A stretch of DNA of 63,112 nt, the filler included, from Octopus bimaculoides (Eukaryota): NCBI RefSeq assembly GCF_001194135.2. It is 5 parts of 5 records of this genome, joined end to end, with 100 filler letters (N's around TTAATTAATTAA, not from the genome) between each part and the next. Parts side by side here need not be neighbours in the genome. Positions count along the whole stretch, not along the records: positions 37,435 to 52,623 come from NC_069002.1; positions 52,724 to 61,571 come from NC_068987.1; positions 61,672 to 63,112 come from NC_069001.1; 2 more parts are not named here. One strand, 5' to 3'. Positions 51,074 to 62,378 of this stretch are shown here, piece by piece. The notes below the pieces were generated by a model, which was not told the DNA's origin, did not search any database, and saw nothing but the letters and a program-made list of their open reading frames with translations. Each line of letters begins with the position of its first letter. Position 1 is the stretch's first letter. Position numbers and translations under genes: made by a program.

Positions 51074-51110
<37 letters not shown>

Positions 51111-51689
51111 TATATACATGGTGGGCTTGTACGCAGTCTCTGTCTACCACATTCACTTAACAGGCATGGCTAGCCTGGGTCTACATTAGAAGACAGGTTG
51201 TGTGCGGCGCTGTAGGACTGAACCCGAAACCTTGAGCTTCTTAGCTACACCCACTTTTAGCTTTTTATTTTCAACTGGTGCAATTTATTTCACTTTGTCC
51301 GCCCTACGAAAAACTGTCCTAGTTCCTATTCACACACAAACACATCACTGCCCTGTCCTACAAAAGAATGCTTGGAAAGTTATAAAACATTTAACCTGAG
51401 ACCTTCGCCGGATATTGTAGACGTATTAAGTTTCTGCTATCGTCCTCGTATTAACACCCGTATGTATTGCTAGTGACATATATACCCAGGCTATTTGTAC
51501 TTTCATCACGTACTTGTGTGTCAGTATTTATTTGTGGGAAGGGTTGGATACCCTAAACTAGTTACAGCCGACTAAACGCATTCCGGGTGAACATCAACTC
51601 GTGTAAGAATATATGTTCGCTGTTTATATACATGTTATATACCCCACTTCTAAAGCAGATGGATATTGATATAGGTGAGAAGACTATCC

Positions 51690-51845
51690 GTAATTATTGG
51701 TACACTGCTTTTTGTTACAAGAGATTTGCATAAACAGCTAGAAATGTTGGGGCTCACTAAAACAGAACGGAGGAAATTGATTCACATTCTCACTCGAAAT
51801 ACAATCGATTTGTGGTACAGTGAAATATTTGTAAAACATTGTAGA
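51690..51845 (+). mobile_element. R4/Dong-like 3' fragment related to 2956-3282
   Basis: SVIIGTLLFVTRDLHKQLEMLGLTKTERRKLIHIL versus PVITGAVGYLTHCLNTNLEKLGFSKLERRKLIRRL. Confidence 0.65.
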
Positions 51846-52327
51846 GATTCTCCATTTGAGTTTCCTGAATCGAAAACCTGCACACAGTCGCACACATATA
51901 TACACACTTATGTATTAAATGATTTATACGCAAATTCAGGTAGTTACAAGCCTTGACGAAGCAGAAGAGCCTTATTACCTGGTTAGTGACCAGGTTTGAA
52001 TTCTGCAAACGAAAAATAAGACTTATCTCAATGAAAACTTCTCTCTCTCTCTCACGCCCATTCACTCACTTCTTAGAGAGAGAGAGAGACAGAATGCAAT
52101 ACCTTTATTCATAAACTACAACTGATTCCTATATCTGGAACAATAAGAATCTGTAAGAACTTAGGATTGTAAAACGATGACGAACAAATGATGCTTTCTA
52201 TCACAACTTTGTTACCAAGTAGGTGGTCGGTCAAAACTAATTACAAATAGTGCTCCAGCATGACGACAGCCGCATGGCTGAAACGAGTAAAAGAGTATAC
52301 CTACGCGCATACATAAATACGTACATA

Positions 52328-52510
52328 AACACACATACATGTGTATAGGCGCAGGCGGGGCTGTGTGTTAAGAAGCTTGTTTCCCAACCACATGGTTCTA
52401 GGTTCAGTTCCACTGCGTGGTACCTTGAGCAAGTGTCTTCTACTATAGTCTCGGCCGACCAAAGCCTTGTGAGTGGATTTGTTAACGGAAACTGAAAGAA
52501 GTCCGTCATG
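52328..52510 (+). mobile_element. SINE family A head
   Basis: ggcgcaggcggggctgtgtgttaag...ggaaactgaaagaagtccgtc. Confidence 0.88.
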
Positions 52511-52723
52511 TAGGTGTGTGTGTGTGTGTGTGTGTATTGACTCATCTTCGAAACGCCTAATTTAGAATAGAGGTAACTGATGAAGGAAAAGTTCCATAAG
52601 TGACTCGTCTGTTTTCTTATGTGNNNNNNNNNNNNNNNNNNNNNNNNNNNNNNNNNNNNNNNNNNNNTTAATTAATTAANNNNNNNNNNNNNNNNNNNNN
52701 NNNNNNNNNNNNNNNNNNNNNNN

Positions 52724-52767
<44 letters not shown>

Positions 52768-52827
52768 TAGAGAGAATGAGATAACAAAGCCAAGGCTGTG
52801 AGGAGTTTTTAGGACATTTATAATGAA

Positions 52828-52880
52828 ATAGTCTTACAGCTGCTTCTGGGATATTATGGCTATCCCTTCATCAGAAACAT
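52828..52880 (-). ncRNA. Type I hammerhead motif, family H3 (one core substitution)
   Basis: Minus strand AUGUUU-CUGAUGA-A-GGGAUA-GCCAUAA-UAUCCC-A-GAAG-CAGCUG-UA-AGAC: perfect 6-bp stem II, palindromic stem III, A15.1 replaced by G. Confidence 0.6.
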
Positions 52881-54626
52881 TTGACTTTGAATTATTGTGG
52901 AAAAGGAGAAGATAGAGGGAAATAAGAGAATGAAAGTAGAAATAACACACATAAAGATATTGTAGTTGCAGCTCCATTATTCGAGGAAAATGGTGCATAG
53001 AAGTGGTAAAAAAAGTTCCGTGTACATGGTGTGTAAGTTCCAATAGCAGTTCAAGTTTAGTTATTTCAAAATATGGAGCCATGGAATCAGTGCTGCTTGT
53101 TCAAAAGGGTTTTGTGGGGTGAATGAAAATTTGAGAATGTATTGGTAGTATTTGGGGACAGATGTGCCCTAAAAAAACCCTCTACATACCTATTTAATTA
53201 ATACTATTTAATGCTGCTTGTCAATCTACCTGATAATTAAATATATCTTACTGCTGATATGTGCAAACATATATAGTACTTCTTGGTGTCCTACTTGACT
53301 ACAACCATGTGTACATATCTAGATTTCGCTCTTATAATGTCATTGTGTGTGTGCATACCTACTATTATTATTATTATTATTATTATTGTGTGTTTATTCA
53401 CTATACGTTGCCACTAATATGTATTTTTGAATATGAACATGTGCATGTACACGTATGTTCCACAAACACACACATATATATGCCACTATTTTTATATGTG
53501 TGTGTACTTATAGCTATATACGTGTGCCTTTTTTTTCTCTTTTTACTGCTATGAGTATATATATTTTTGACCAGTGTTCCTTCCTTTATGTATACCCTAA
53601 TAAAAAAACAACAACAAAAAAAAACCAACTAGAATTCCTATATCTATGTATACTAATGTGCAGATATGCCTTTACTCAGGTATAAGTAAATATACTAACA
53701 ATTTTTTTCCTAATAAGATTTTTATTGACATTATATCTAAGTTATTTTGTATACTTATGTGCATTTTTCGTTTATACATAATACACAATACTCTTCTATT
53801 TCTGGAATATCAATTAATTACTAACCTAATTCCACACTATATATCTCTCTCACATTATGCTAAGCTAGTTCCTTAATTCATAATTTTATTTATACTTAAA
53901 CATAGTTACTGTATTACCTTACATATCAATTACATGTAATTTAAACTCTCCATTTTTGTATTTTTCATTCCTAGCACATTCCTACATTGTTATTTTTCAG
54001 TATCATTACTGCCAATAATAATAAGCCTCTGAGCGTTTTTTTTTTTTCATCTTTATAGCTACAGCAAGTATTTACTATCTAAATTGTAATATTATCAACA
54101 TGTTTTCTGTTTTTAACTTATTTTTCAACCTTAAATTTATTACATACAAATGAATATTAGTTCTTATGCAAACACAAGCTTATTCTCTCTAACTTTTTCT
54201 ACCACTATAATACTTTACATTAACAATACAGTAGCCCTTTATACACTATCTCCTCTAGATTAACTTCATTATAATGCATAAAATTTTTTTTAAATATACA
54301 CCATAGTATAGTTTCTAGCTGTAAGGTCATATCTCAATTCAAATGTAGCCATGCCTTCCCACTGAACATTTCAATACAACCTTTACACTACACGACTTAT
54401 TTGGAGTATGAATTACTAATCTCTTTATTCATCTATGGAGGGAATGTCTCTAAATCCTCTTTCACTTATATTCTCAAATAACCGTTATAGACTTTAGTTT
54501 TAGTTAATACCTAACTGGACTCAAAACTCTTCTTTCTGTCTCATAAGGATAAATATGAATCTCCCAAATCCTACACTGCTATTTCCTTTATCAAGTCCTT
54601 TGTAAAAAAATTTTCTTTATACTTCT

Positions 54627-54731
54627 TGCACTGATGGGTAGAGTAATATATGATTAAATTAATTTAATTATTTCTATTCAACCATGAATTTGCATGTTCT
54701 TTTATATCACTGTTCGAAACGATCGTCTGCA
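54627..54731 (+). ncRNA. Decayed type I hammerhead motif, family H4
   Basis: UGCA-CUGAUGG-[~78 nt]-GAAA-CGAUCG-UC-UGCA: 4-bp stem I, GUC site, A9 replaced by G, stem II poorly paired. Confidence 0.45.
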
Positions 54732-55927
54732 TGAATTAAAATTCTCTTACATTTCAACATCTTCTCGTCTCCATTTTTAACAAATTTGTTGAGTTTTATG
54801 GGATTCCTTTATGTAAAATCACAACACACCATATACAAGTATTATTTTCATATTCATATACTTATGCCAGTAAGCTACCAGCAAAAAAATATGAAGAAAC
54901 TATATTAGAAATTTTTTTGGAATACTCCAAATTAAAGGATGAAATTTAATTCCAAATTTACACACACACACACACACATATACATTTATATATATATATA
55001 TAATTATATATATACATTTATATATATATATAATCAAATCTATATACATAATTTTATATATACAAATTTATATGTATATATATATAATTACATATATACA
55101 TATACATTTATATATATAATTATATATATATAGATATACATTTATATATACAAATAATTATATGTGGATATGTGAGTGTATGTTACTAGGGTGTAACTGC
55201 AGATATGTGTGGAGATGTATGCGTATATTCATGTATTTAGAGCTATGAATAAAAAGACATACTTGTATACGCTCGAGCATGTTAGCGTATGTATCTGTAT
55301 GAGTGCGTGTGTATACACACATATACATATACTATGACTTCTAAGTAAGTGTATGTACCCATGTAATAGATAGGTTTATAAAGCTAAAAATTTTTAGTGG
55401 TGTATTTGGGGAAACTGACCATTCATCACAATGATATTGAATTACAACCTTAATCTGTAATTCAACGACTTGTCAAGCTAAGAAATTATTTATGACCCCT
55501 ACCATCTCATCCAAGCCAACATCCTGTTCTCAGCTCTATATTATTTTATCTCTTTATTTTACTTTATGTTTTTATTTCTTTTGTTATTTTATTCCAATTT
55601 TGCTAAATCTTATTTATATGTGTATCTAACTTTATTATTCTTATTTTTACTTTTATTACTCTTGTTTTTATTTTGATTTCTTTTATTTTATTTTTTAAAT
55701 TTTATCTTTTCTTTCTATCTTATACACATAAATTAAATATAAACTCAATCCAATCTATTTAACATTCACTCTAAGCTGAATAGTGGTACAGTATGGGGAG
55801 ATTTTTGAAATCCAACAAACCTTTATACAAATATACCTTTCCAAAGGGATGTGATAAACCTATTATTATAATGGGTAATACTACGTGTACTTTTTCTTTT
55901 GTGATGTAATCTTTTGACTAACAATGT

Positions 55928-56026
55928 TTGCGGCTGAGGAGAGCTTTACACCGTCTTTTATATCAATAATATACCTATGCTGATGTAATAACATTGTTTA
56001 TACAGCTTGAAAAACATGTACCGCGA
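55928..56026 (+). ncRNA. Type I hammerhead motif, family H5
   Basis: UUGCGG-CUGAGGA-GAGCU...AGCUU-GAAAAA-CAUG-UA-CCGCGA: 6-bp stem I, 5-bp stem II base, palindromic ACAUGU, two extra A residues in the GAAA run. Confidence 0.62.
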
Positions 56027-56257
56027 TATCCTGTGTTCTGTTTTTAATTTGTTTGATATATTCTCTCACCTCTGCCATTATCTGGCATACACAGGTGCTT
56101 ACACTTATCAAGTATTCTCTCTAAACTTACACTACAAATAATTATATAAATATATACATTAATATATACATATAATTATATATACACAGATTTATATATA
56201 ATTCTATATATATACATTTATATATATATATAATAATATATATATATATATATATAT

Positions 56258-56470
56258 TCAGGTGAATATGGTACTTAAGTTTAGGCACCAGAATACAGTT
56301 TCAGAATAAGGTGATTAAAGTCAAAATAAGCAACAGTAGGATTGTTTCATGCGACTCCATTTAATTAAGCAATGTGAACATTATATCAAATATAAAATGC
56401 AGAGCAATGCTCAGCTGCACAAAGATATAGACATTTGATGAAATTACATTTACACAGAAGTACATATTTT
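56258..56470 (-). mobile_element. Family H1 repeat copy D (hammerhead core broken)
   Basis: Collinear with 29700-29950. Core reads CUGAGCA and the stem III/cleavage-site region is disrupted. Confidence 0.85.
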
Positions 56471-56542
56471 TATAAGTACATCTACAGTTATATAAACATA
56501 CATTTATATATATATAATTATATATATATATATAATCATATA

Positions 56543-56575
<33 letters not shown>

Positions 56576-56677
56576 NNNNNNNNNNNNNNNNNNNNNNNNN
56601 NNNNNNNNNNNNNNNNNNNNNNNNNNNNNNNNNNNNNNNNNNNNNNNNNNNNNNNNNNNNNNNNNNNNNNNNNNNAG

Positions 56678-57277
56678 ATTGTTTGCCAACATAACATGGC
56701 AGTCTTGGTTTAGGACGAATGTTGCCCCAGGAGACTTCGACTCCAGCTGGCTATACAACACAATCTGTGTCCTTATATTTTCAAACAAAGGAATCTAGCA
56801 CCCCCATTCAGCTCAAAACAATATCTGTGTATTGCGATTTCTGGGTTATTTCCCTTTATCAGCACAGAATAATTGTTCAGCTAGAATTGGCACTGCCAAA
56901 TTCTCATTCGAAATATATAGTTTTCAAAGTGACAACTAGTCACTGATTTATAAATTAGAAAATTACTATTTTTAAATCTCAGAACATGAGATATTCAGCA
57001 ACAGTACTTTGTAGTAAAGACTGTTTGCCAACATAACATGGCAATCCTGAAGAAGAGATTTATAGAAAATGAACTAGACAGATTGGAAGAACTTATGGAA
57101 TGGCTGTGTAACGCATTACAGGTACCAACAATATTACAGATGGTTGAACCCACATGTATAAGTGGAAGAACACAGAGTTCCTACAAATAGCCAGCTGGAG
57201 ACAAAGTCTCCTGGGGCTAAATTACAGCAACATTCGTCCTAAACCAGGACTGCCATATTATATTGGCAAACAATCTT
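56678..57277. repeat. Inverted/direct repeat complex
   Basis: 56678-56756 is an inverted copy of 57186-57277; 57017-57045 is a direct partial copy; 57050-57190 is an inverted copy of the Gypsy 3' region 57746-57890. Confidence 0.88.
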
Positions 57278-57379
57278 TATTATAAATATGGATTTGTCAT
57301 TCCATTTATTGTTATAATGTGGATCCCAGTCCACTTGTCTGTTGTCATCGGTACTGTAATATTTTTGTCGCCACTATTA

Positions 57380-57634
57380 TGTTGTGGTGGTATTCAATGT
57401 CTTATCTTTGACTCGTCTATTGTGCTATCCTTGTTAGCTCCGCAAGACGACTTTGAAATGTCTACCTTGATGGTAACTTGAACTCGTATATATCATGTAA
57501 CTGGCACTAACTCTAACTGAGAACTCATACGACTCTACCACTACTTACCTCCTACAACAACTGACTATCTGACTTTATAGTGGTTATGTTATACTACTTT
57601 GTCACATAGGAATGAGTGTACCATTTTCAGTACA
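57380..57634 (-). mobile_element. Putative 255-bp LTR of the Gypsy element
   Basis: Minus strand: polypurine tract aaaaggggaga directly precedes TGTA (57634) and the LTR ends ...CACAACA (57380). No second LTR is visible to confirm it. Confidence 0.65.
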
Positions 57635-58000
57635 TCTCCCCTTTTAGTTTTTTTCTTTGGGAAGTAATTTTATTTTACTATATTCACCTCTCCTCCCTTT
57701 TTATCATTTTTTTTCCAACTTAGTATTTTTGTCTTTTTGGCGTGTATTTGTAGGAACTCTGTGTTCTTCCACTTATACATGTGGGTTCAATCATCTGTAA
57801 TGGTGTTGGTACCTGGAATGTGTCACACAGCCATTCCATAATTTCTTCCAATCTGTCTAGTTCATTTTCTATAAATCTCTTCTTCAATTGGTTTCTGTGT
57901 CTTTTTTCATTACTCTATCTTTTAATTCCGTATATCATTTTACCTATGTATTTTGTATTTTTTCCTTCTTCCCAGTATTGTTTTCTGTTTTTATACAACC

Positions 58001-58736
58001 TCATGTACACCTTGAGAAATTTTGGATTGTCTTTCCTGGTACTTTTTCTTTCCTTGTCAGGTAATCAAAAACTGATTTCACCTTCCTCGTAGACATCAGT
58101 TCAGCTGGTGTATTGGGGTTTGGTGTCATTCTATATACCCTTATGAATTGCTGCAGAGCAACTTTATCTGTGGCTTCCTTATTTGCTTTTCTCAAAGCTC
58201 TTTTTAAAGTGTCCACAAAATGCTCTGTCTGTCCATTTGATCTGGAATGGTAAGGCGCTATTGTTTTATGTTCTACCATGAATATTTCATAGAATTTTCT
58301 AAATTCACTGTACACAAATTGTGTTCCATTATCAGATACAATCATGTCTGGGATGCCAAATTTTGTGAATAATTCATGTAAAAAATTTATTACTGTTGTG
58401 GAGGTTGGTCTTTTGCACTTAACGGTAGACTTTTTACTTCTGGTCAAGGCTCCCATTTTTGAGTAAGCAATTTTGCAGCCTTTTACTATATTCTCAACTT
58501 CTTTGTCCATCTTTGACCAATACACATAACAGCACATAAGTGCTTTCATCCTTGCGATCCCCAGATGTCCAATATGGAATTATTTCAACGTTCTTTTTTG
58601 TAAGAGTCTCAGGTATCGCTACTCTTTGGCCATACATTAGTACGCATGTTGAATATATTTTTACCTCTTCTTGTTTTTTCTTACCAAACCTTTTTTTGGT
58701 TTTCTTTTGCTGACCATAGAATTTTTTTGGTTTCAT
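58001..58736 (-). pseudogene. Gypsy integrase (H2C2 + core) remnant
   Basis: MKALMCCYVYWSKMDKEVENIVKGC...FTKFGIPDMIVSDNGTQF...HSRSNGQTEHFVDTLKRAL. Confidence 0.92.
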
Positions 58737-58810
58737 TAATGAACTTGTCTTTTGAAGTATGCTGCTTTATCTCCTCCATAGTTATTGGTACAATGTTCTA
58801 CATTATATGT

Positions 58811-59803
58811 TTAATTTCCCCTTTGGCTCTTAGGGCTGCTATTATTGTGTCCTTGAAGTTCATGATTTCTGGATAGGCTGTCAGCATGTCCTAACTTTTT
58901 CAAAGGTAAATATTCCATTGCGTAGTCATAGTTTATTCGTATGGAGCCCCATATCTGCAACCTGTTTTCTGTATGTACTAGGATTTCTTTCTTGGATCCA
59001 TAAATCATCAGCAATGGGCAATAGTCTGTTTGTAGTCTAAATTGTCTACCATATATAAACTTGTGGAACTTTTTTCTGCCAAATATAATCGCCAGTGCCT
59101 CTTTTTCAATTTGGCTATAATTTTTTTCCACTGACAATAGCATCCTTGATGCATGAGCTATGGCCTTTTGGATGCCATCTTCACATTTGTGTAAGAGTAC
59201 GGAACCTACCCTGTACTCACTAGCATCTGTTGCCAGTATTGTTTCCAACTTTGGATCGAAGTGTGTAAGTGACAAGTCTGAAGTTAACATGCTTTTTAGT
59301 TCCTCAAATGCCTTCTGGTATTTTTCTGACCAAAACCATTTTAATAGCTCATTTAGTGGAACCTTTGTGTTGTGTATGTTTGGGATATATACTTGATAGT
59401 AGATTACCAAGCCTAAAAATGCTTGTAACAATTTGACATTTGTTGGGGGAGGCATATTCTGCATTATTATCACCCTTGATGGGTCTGGCCTTCGTCCCCT
59501 TCTGTCAGTTACTTGACCCAAATATTTTATTTTTTTCATCAAAAATTCACACTTTTCCTCCATTAGTCAAAACCTGTATACATTTATTTTTCAGAATACT
59601 TTTTTAATATGTTCAAAGTATTGCTCCACTGTTTTGCTCTTTATCAAAATATCAAGATAAGCGATAGCGAAGTCGCTATCATATAACATCAAGTCCATCA
59701 CTTGTTGGAATATAACAGGTGTCACTTTTACTCCAAAAGGAAGCTGCTTGAATTTATACAATCCAATCCACGGTGTGTGTTGATTGTTAAGAAGTGTGCA
59801 CAA
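58811..59803 (-). pseudogene. Gypsy RT/RNase H remnant
   Basis: GLYKFKQLPFGVKVTPVIFQQVMD...AYLDILI; LATDASEYRVGSVL...NYSQIEKEALAIIFG..KFHKFIYGRQFRLQTD. Confidence 0.93.
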
Positions 59804-60192
59804 TCTTCCTCTACCTGTATCTGTAGATAGGCCTCCAAGAAAATTATTCCTCCATGTAGCTTTGAAAACACTTCTTCTGAGCTTTGTAATGGATAGTTGT
59901 GTTCGAGTAAACAGTCATTTAATCCAGTTCAAAAGTCCGCACACACTCTTAGTTTATTATTTTTTTCTTTCCATAAACCATCGGAGTTGCATAGTCGCAT
60001 TGGTCAACTTTTTCAATTATAGCTAGACTTTCTAGCTCTTTATTGACCTGGTCCAACATCACAAACAGTAATTTCTGTCTGGGCCTAAAAACAGGTGCTG
60101 CCTTTTCTGTTGCCACAATCCTCACTTTTGTTTAAGTGTAACAGCCTAATCCTTCCAAAAAAACATTTGGAAACAATTTTTAATTTTTTGTT

Positions 60193-60576
60193 TCAGCTGA
60201 TAGACTTCATTCGAACTTTTAATTGACTGTTTTCACAGAGAACACTAATGGGGATATCCCCCATTTTAAATAACTCCATGCATTCTCTGCCAAATAGGTT
60301 TAGCGGTTTTTGCAACACATAAATGATTGTTCTTGTTTCACCTTGAAAAGTTACATTGCAAATACATTCGCCAATGAAATATAATTTCTTTCCTGTAACA
60401 CCATATGCTACTTTATTTGATTTAAATAATTTCAGCTTACCTATTTGTTGCCATGTTTCTTTATTTATGATAGTGATGTCACTGCCCATGTCTAATTGCA
60501 TTTTGACACTAGTGGTTTCAATTCTCACCTTCAGGAATTTTCTGTTCATTGTACAAACTTTTTTCTCTGATGACAA
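60193..60576 (-). pseudogene. Gypsy aspartic protease remnant
   Basis: VKMQLDMGSDITIIN (DTGS-type motif, mutated) and LNLFGREC. Confidence 0.85.
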
Positions 60577-60898
60577 ACTATTTATTTTTTCTATGTTTCG
60601 TCCATTTTTTTGTCATCTTAGTTTTGCAGTGTGATTTAATGTATCCTGTGTTCCCACGAAAACACTTCATTTTTTCTGAACAGACACTCTTTTTTCAGGT
60701 GCCTACCACCACATACCATACCTAGGTTTATCTCCTGACATATATTGTATTTCTTGTGAAACACTTTATCCATTTTCTGACTTTTTTGCACTGGTTTTAT
60801 CTGTAAACAACCTCTGCTTTGGATTTCTTCTGTGTTGTGCCTTATTATTAATATCATATCGCACTCCTCTGACAATTTCTGGAGAATTATATCCTGGT

Positions 60899-61303
60899 TC
60901 ATTTCCAGCTTTGTGAGAATTTTCTTTCTGAATCTGCATCCATTTTAGTATTAACTCCCTGAGCAAAAATCAGGCACTTGAATGAGTCTGGAGTTAGTTT
61001 ATCCAGTTTAAATCTCTCGCACTCTCTGTACACTCTACCCGCATTGGTGGTAAAATCTTCATCATCACTTTTCTCAGTGTTCAAACACTTCCAACACATG
61101 TTGAACAATGTTTTTTCACTAAACATCCTACATAAAATGTCAACTGTGTCCATGAAATTTATATCAGAAACTTTTTTAGACAATATAAAGTTACAGTATT
61201 TCTCAAGCTCTATCATCACCAGTTTTCTCAGTATTAGACACGTTTTCATTCTGTCTGTCCAGTCTTGGCATTCTTTTTTGAAAATTTGTTTAAATCTTCG
61301 GTA
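60899..61303 (-). pseudogene. Gypsy gag remnant
   Basis: RRFKQIFKKECQDWTDRMKTCLILRKL...YCNFILSKK...RECERFKL..LTPDSFKCLIFAQG. Confidence 0.85.
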
Positions 61304-61304
61304 A

Positions 61305-61345
61305 TCTTATCTTAATATATAAAGCTGAAGTTGTGTGTCTGTGTG
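61305..61345 (+). mobile_element. Helitron-like 5' terminus interrupting gag
   Basis: A|TCTTATCTTAATATATAAAGCTGAAGTTGTGTGTCTGTGTG starts exactly where gag homology stops. No 3' CTRR hairpin end was identified. Confidence 0.4.
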
Positions 61346-62027
61346 AAGCCGTTTTTAAAGTTTATAGAAATCCACATTTTCCACTTTTTCGTAAAATTTT
61401 TTACATCAATGGAATTTTCTCGATGTGAACTTTCCAGTGCAGTAATTAGATTTTTTAAAATTCCGTTTACTTTGTGTGATTTAAGGGAGATTTGGCTGTT
61501 ATTTCTAGCAACTTTTATATTTCTTCCCTTCTACCTGGAATGGCGTTCTTACACACGTGCTCAACATATATNNNNNNNNNNNNNNNNNNNNNNNNNNNNN
61601 NNNNNNNNNNNNNNNTTAATTAATTAANNNNNNNNNNNNNNNNNNNNNNNNNNNNNNNNNNNNNNNNNNNNATATATATATATGTATATATGTATGTATG
61701 TACGTATGTATGTATGTATGTATGTATGTATGTATGTATGTATGTATGTATGTATGTATGCATGTATGTATATCTATGTATATTGGGCAGGGAGATATAG
61801 ACAATCGTTTGTTCCCAATATTATTTGAACGAATGCATTAAACATTTTAATGGTAGGTTCCAATGACTTTTGCTTTTGAATCTTGTAGCTCTAATCGTCC
61901 TCAACAACTTTTGTTTGTTGTTCGCAAACTGTGCCTAAAGTTCACCTCTTTGCAGACAATGGTGTTCCAAACAGACACAAATGAGCGTTTTCCACACTTA
62001 CTGCAATAATTCGATGTCAAGCGGACG

Positions 62028-62216
62028 TCAACCAGATGTTAAAGGTGTCCTAAGTGTCTGATGGTCTACCTTCAAATCGTAACGTGTTTTTGGGTCAGTC
62101 TTATTCTTTACAAGCGTCTCTTCTTTGAAAGTTATCTGCTCAAAGCACAACTGACAAACTGTCTTGCTTTCAACTTGATCAATGGCAGAATAAATTTTTA
62201 TTTCGACCAGGGAAAC
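62028..62216 (-). CDS. Probable terminal coding exon of the GPCR (helix 8 + C-tail, 62 aa + stop)
   Basis: Acceptor ...actactgctacgcag, phase 0, open frame VSLVEIKIYSAIDQVESKTVCQLCFEQ...LRTPLTSG*. It joins ...NANFR across a 162-nt GT-AG intron, giving a helix-8-like FRxxLxxI. Confidence 0.6.
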   Translation of the reverse strand, partial: VSLVEIKIYSAIDQVESKTVCQLCFEQITFKEETLVKNKTDPKTRYDLKVDHQTLRTPLTSG

Positions 62217-62258
62217 CTGCGTAGCAGTAGTGGCAAGATCGGTGGTTTTGAATGTAAG

Positions 62259-62304
<46 letters not shown>

Positions 62305-62378
62305 TCACACACACACACACACACACACGTATGATAGATAGATAAATAGATAGAACAAAAATACCAAGATGAACTTAC

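Larger units (their letters stand above)
57635..61303 (-). mobile_element. Decayed Ty3/Gypsy LTR retrotransposon internal region (Mag / K02A2.6-like)
   Basis: Gag-PR-RT-RNaseH-IN order with many stops and frameshifts. Confidence 0.95.

Noticed and set aside
56678-56756. HDV-like ribozyme (ggacgaatgttg resembles J4/2)
   Set aside because: No P3/L3 motif or nested double pseudoknot can be drawn.
78-61804. Most ORFs in the six-frame track (HT/YI/CV-rich or spanning X runs)
   Set aside because: They are translations of microsatellites and N gaps.
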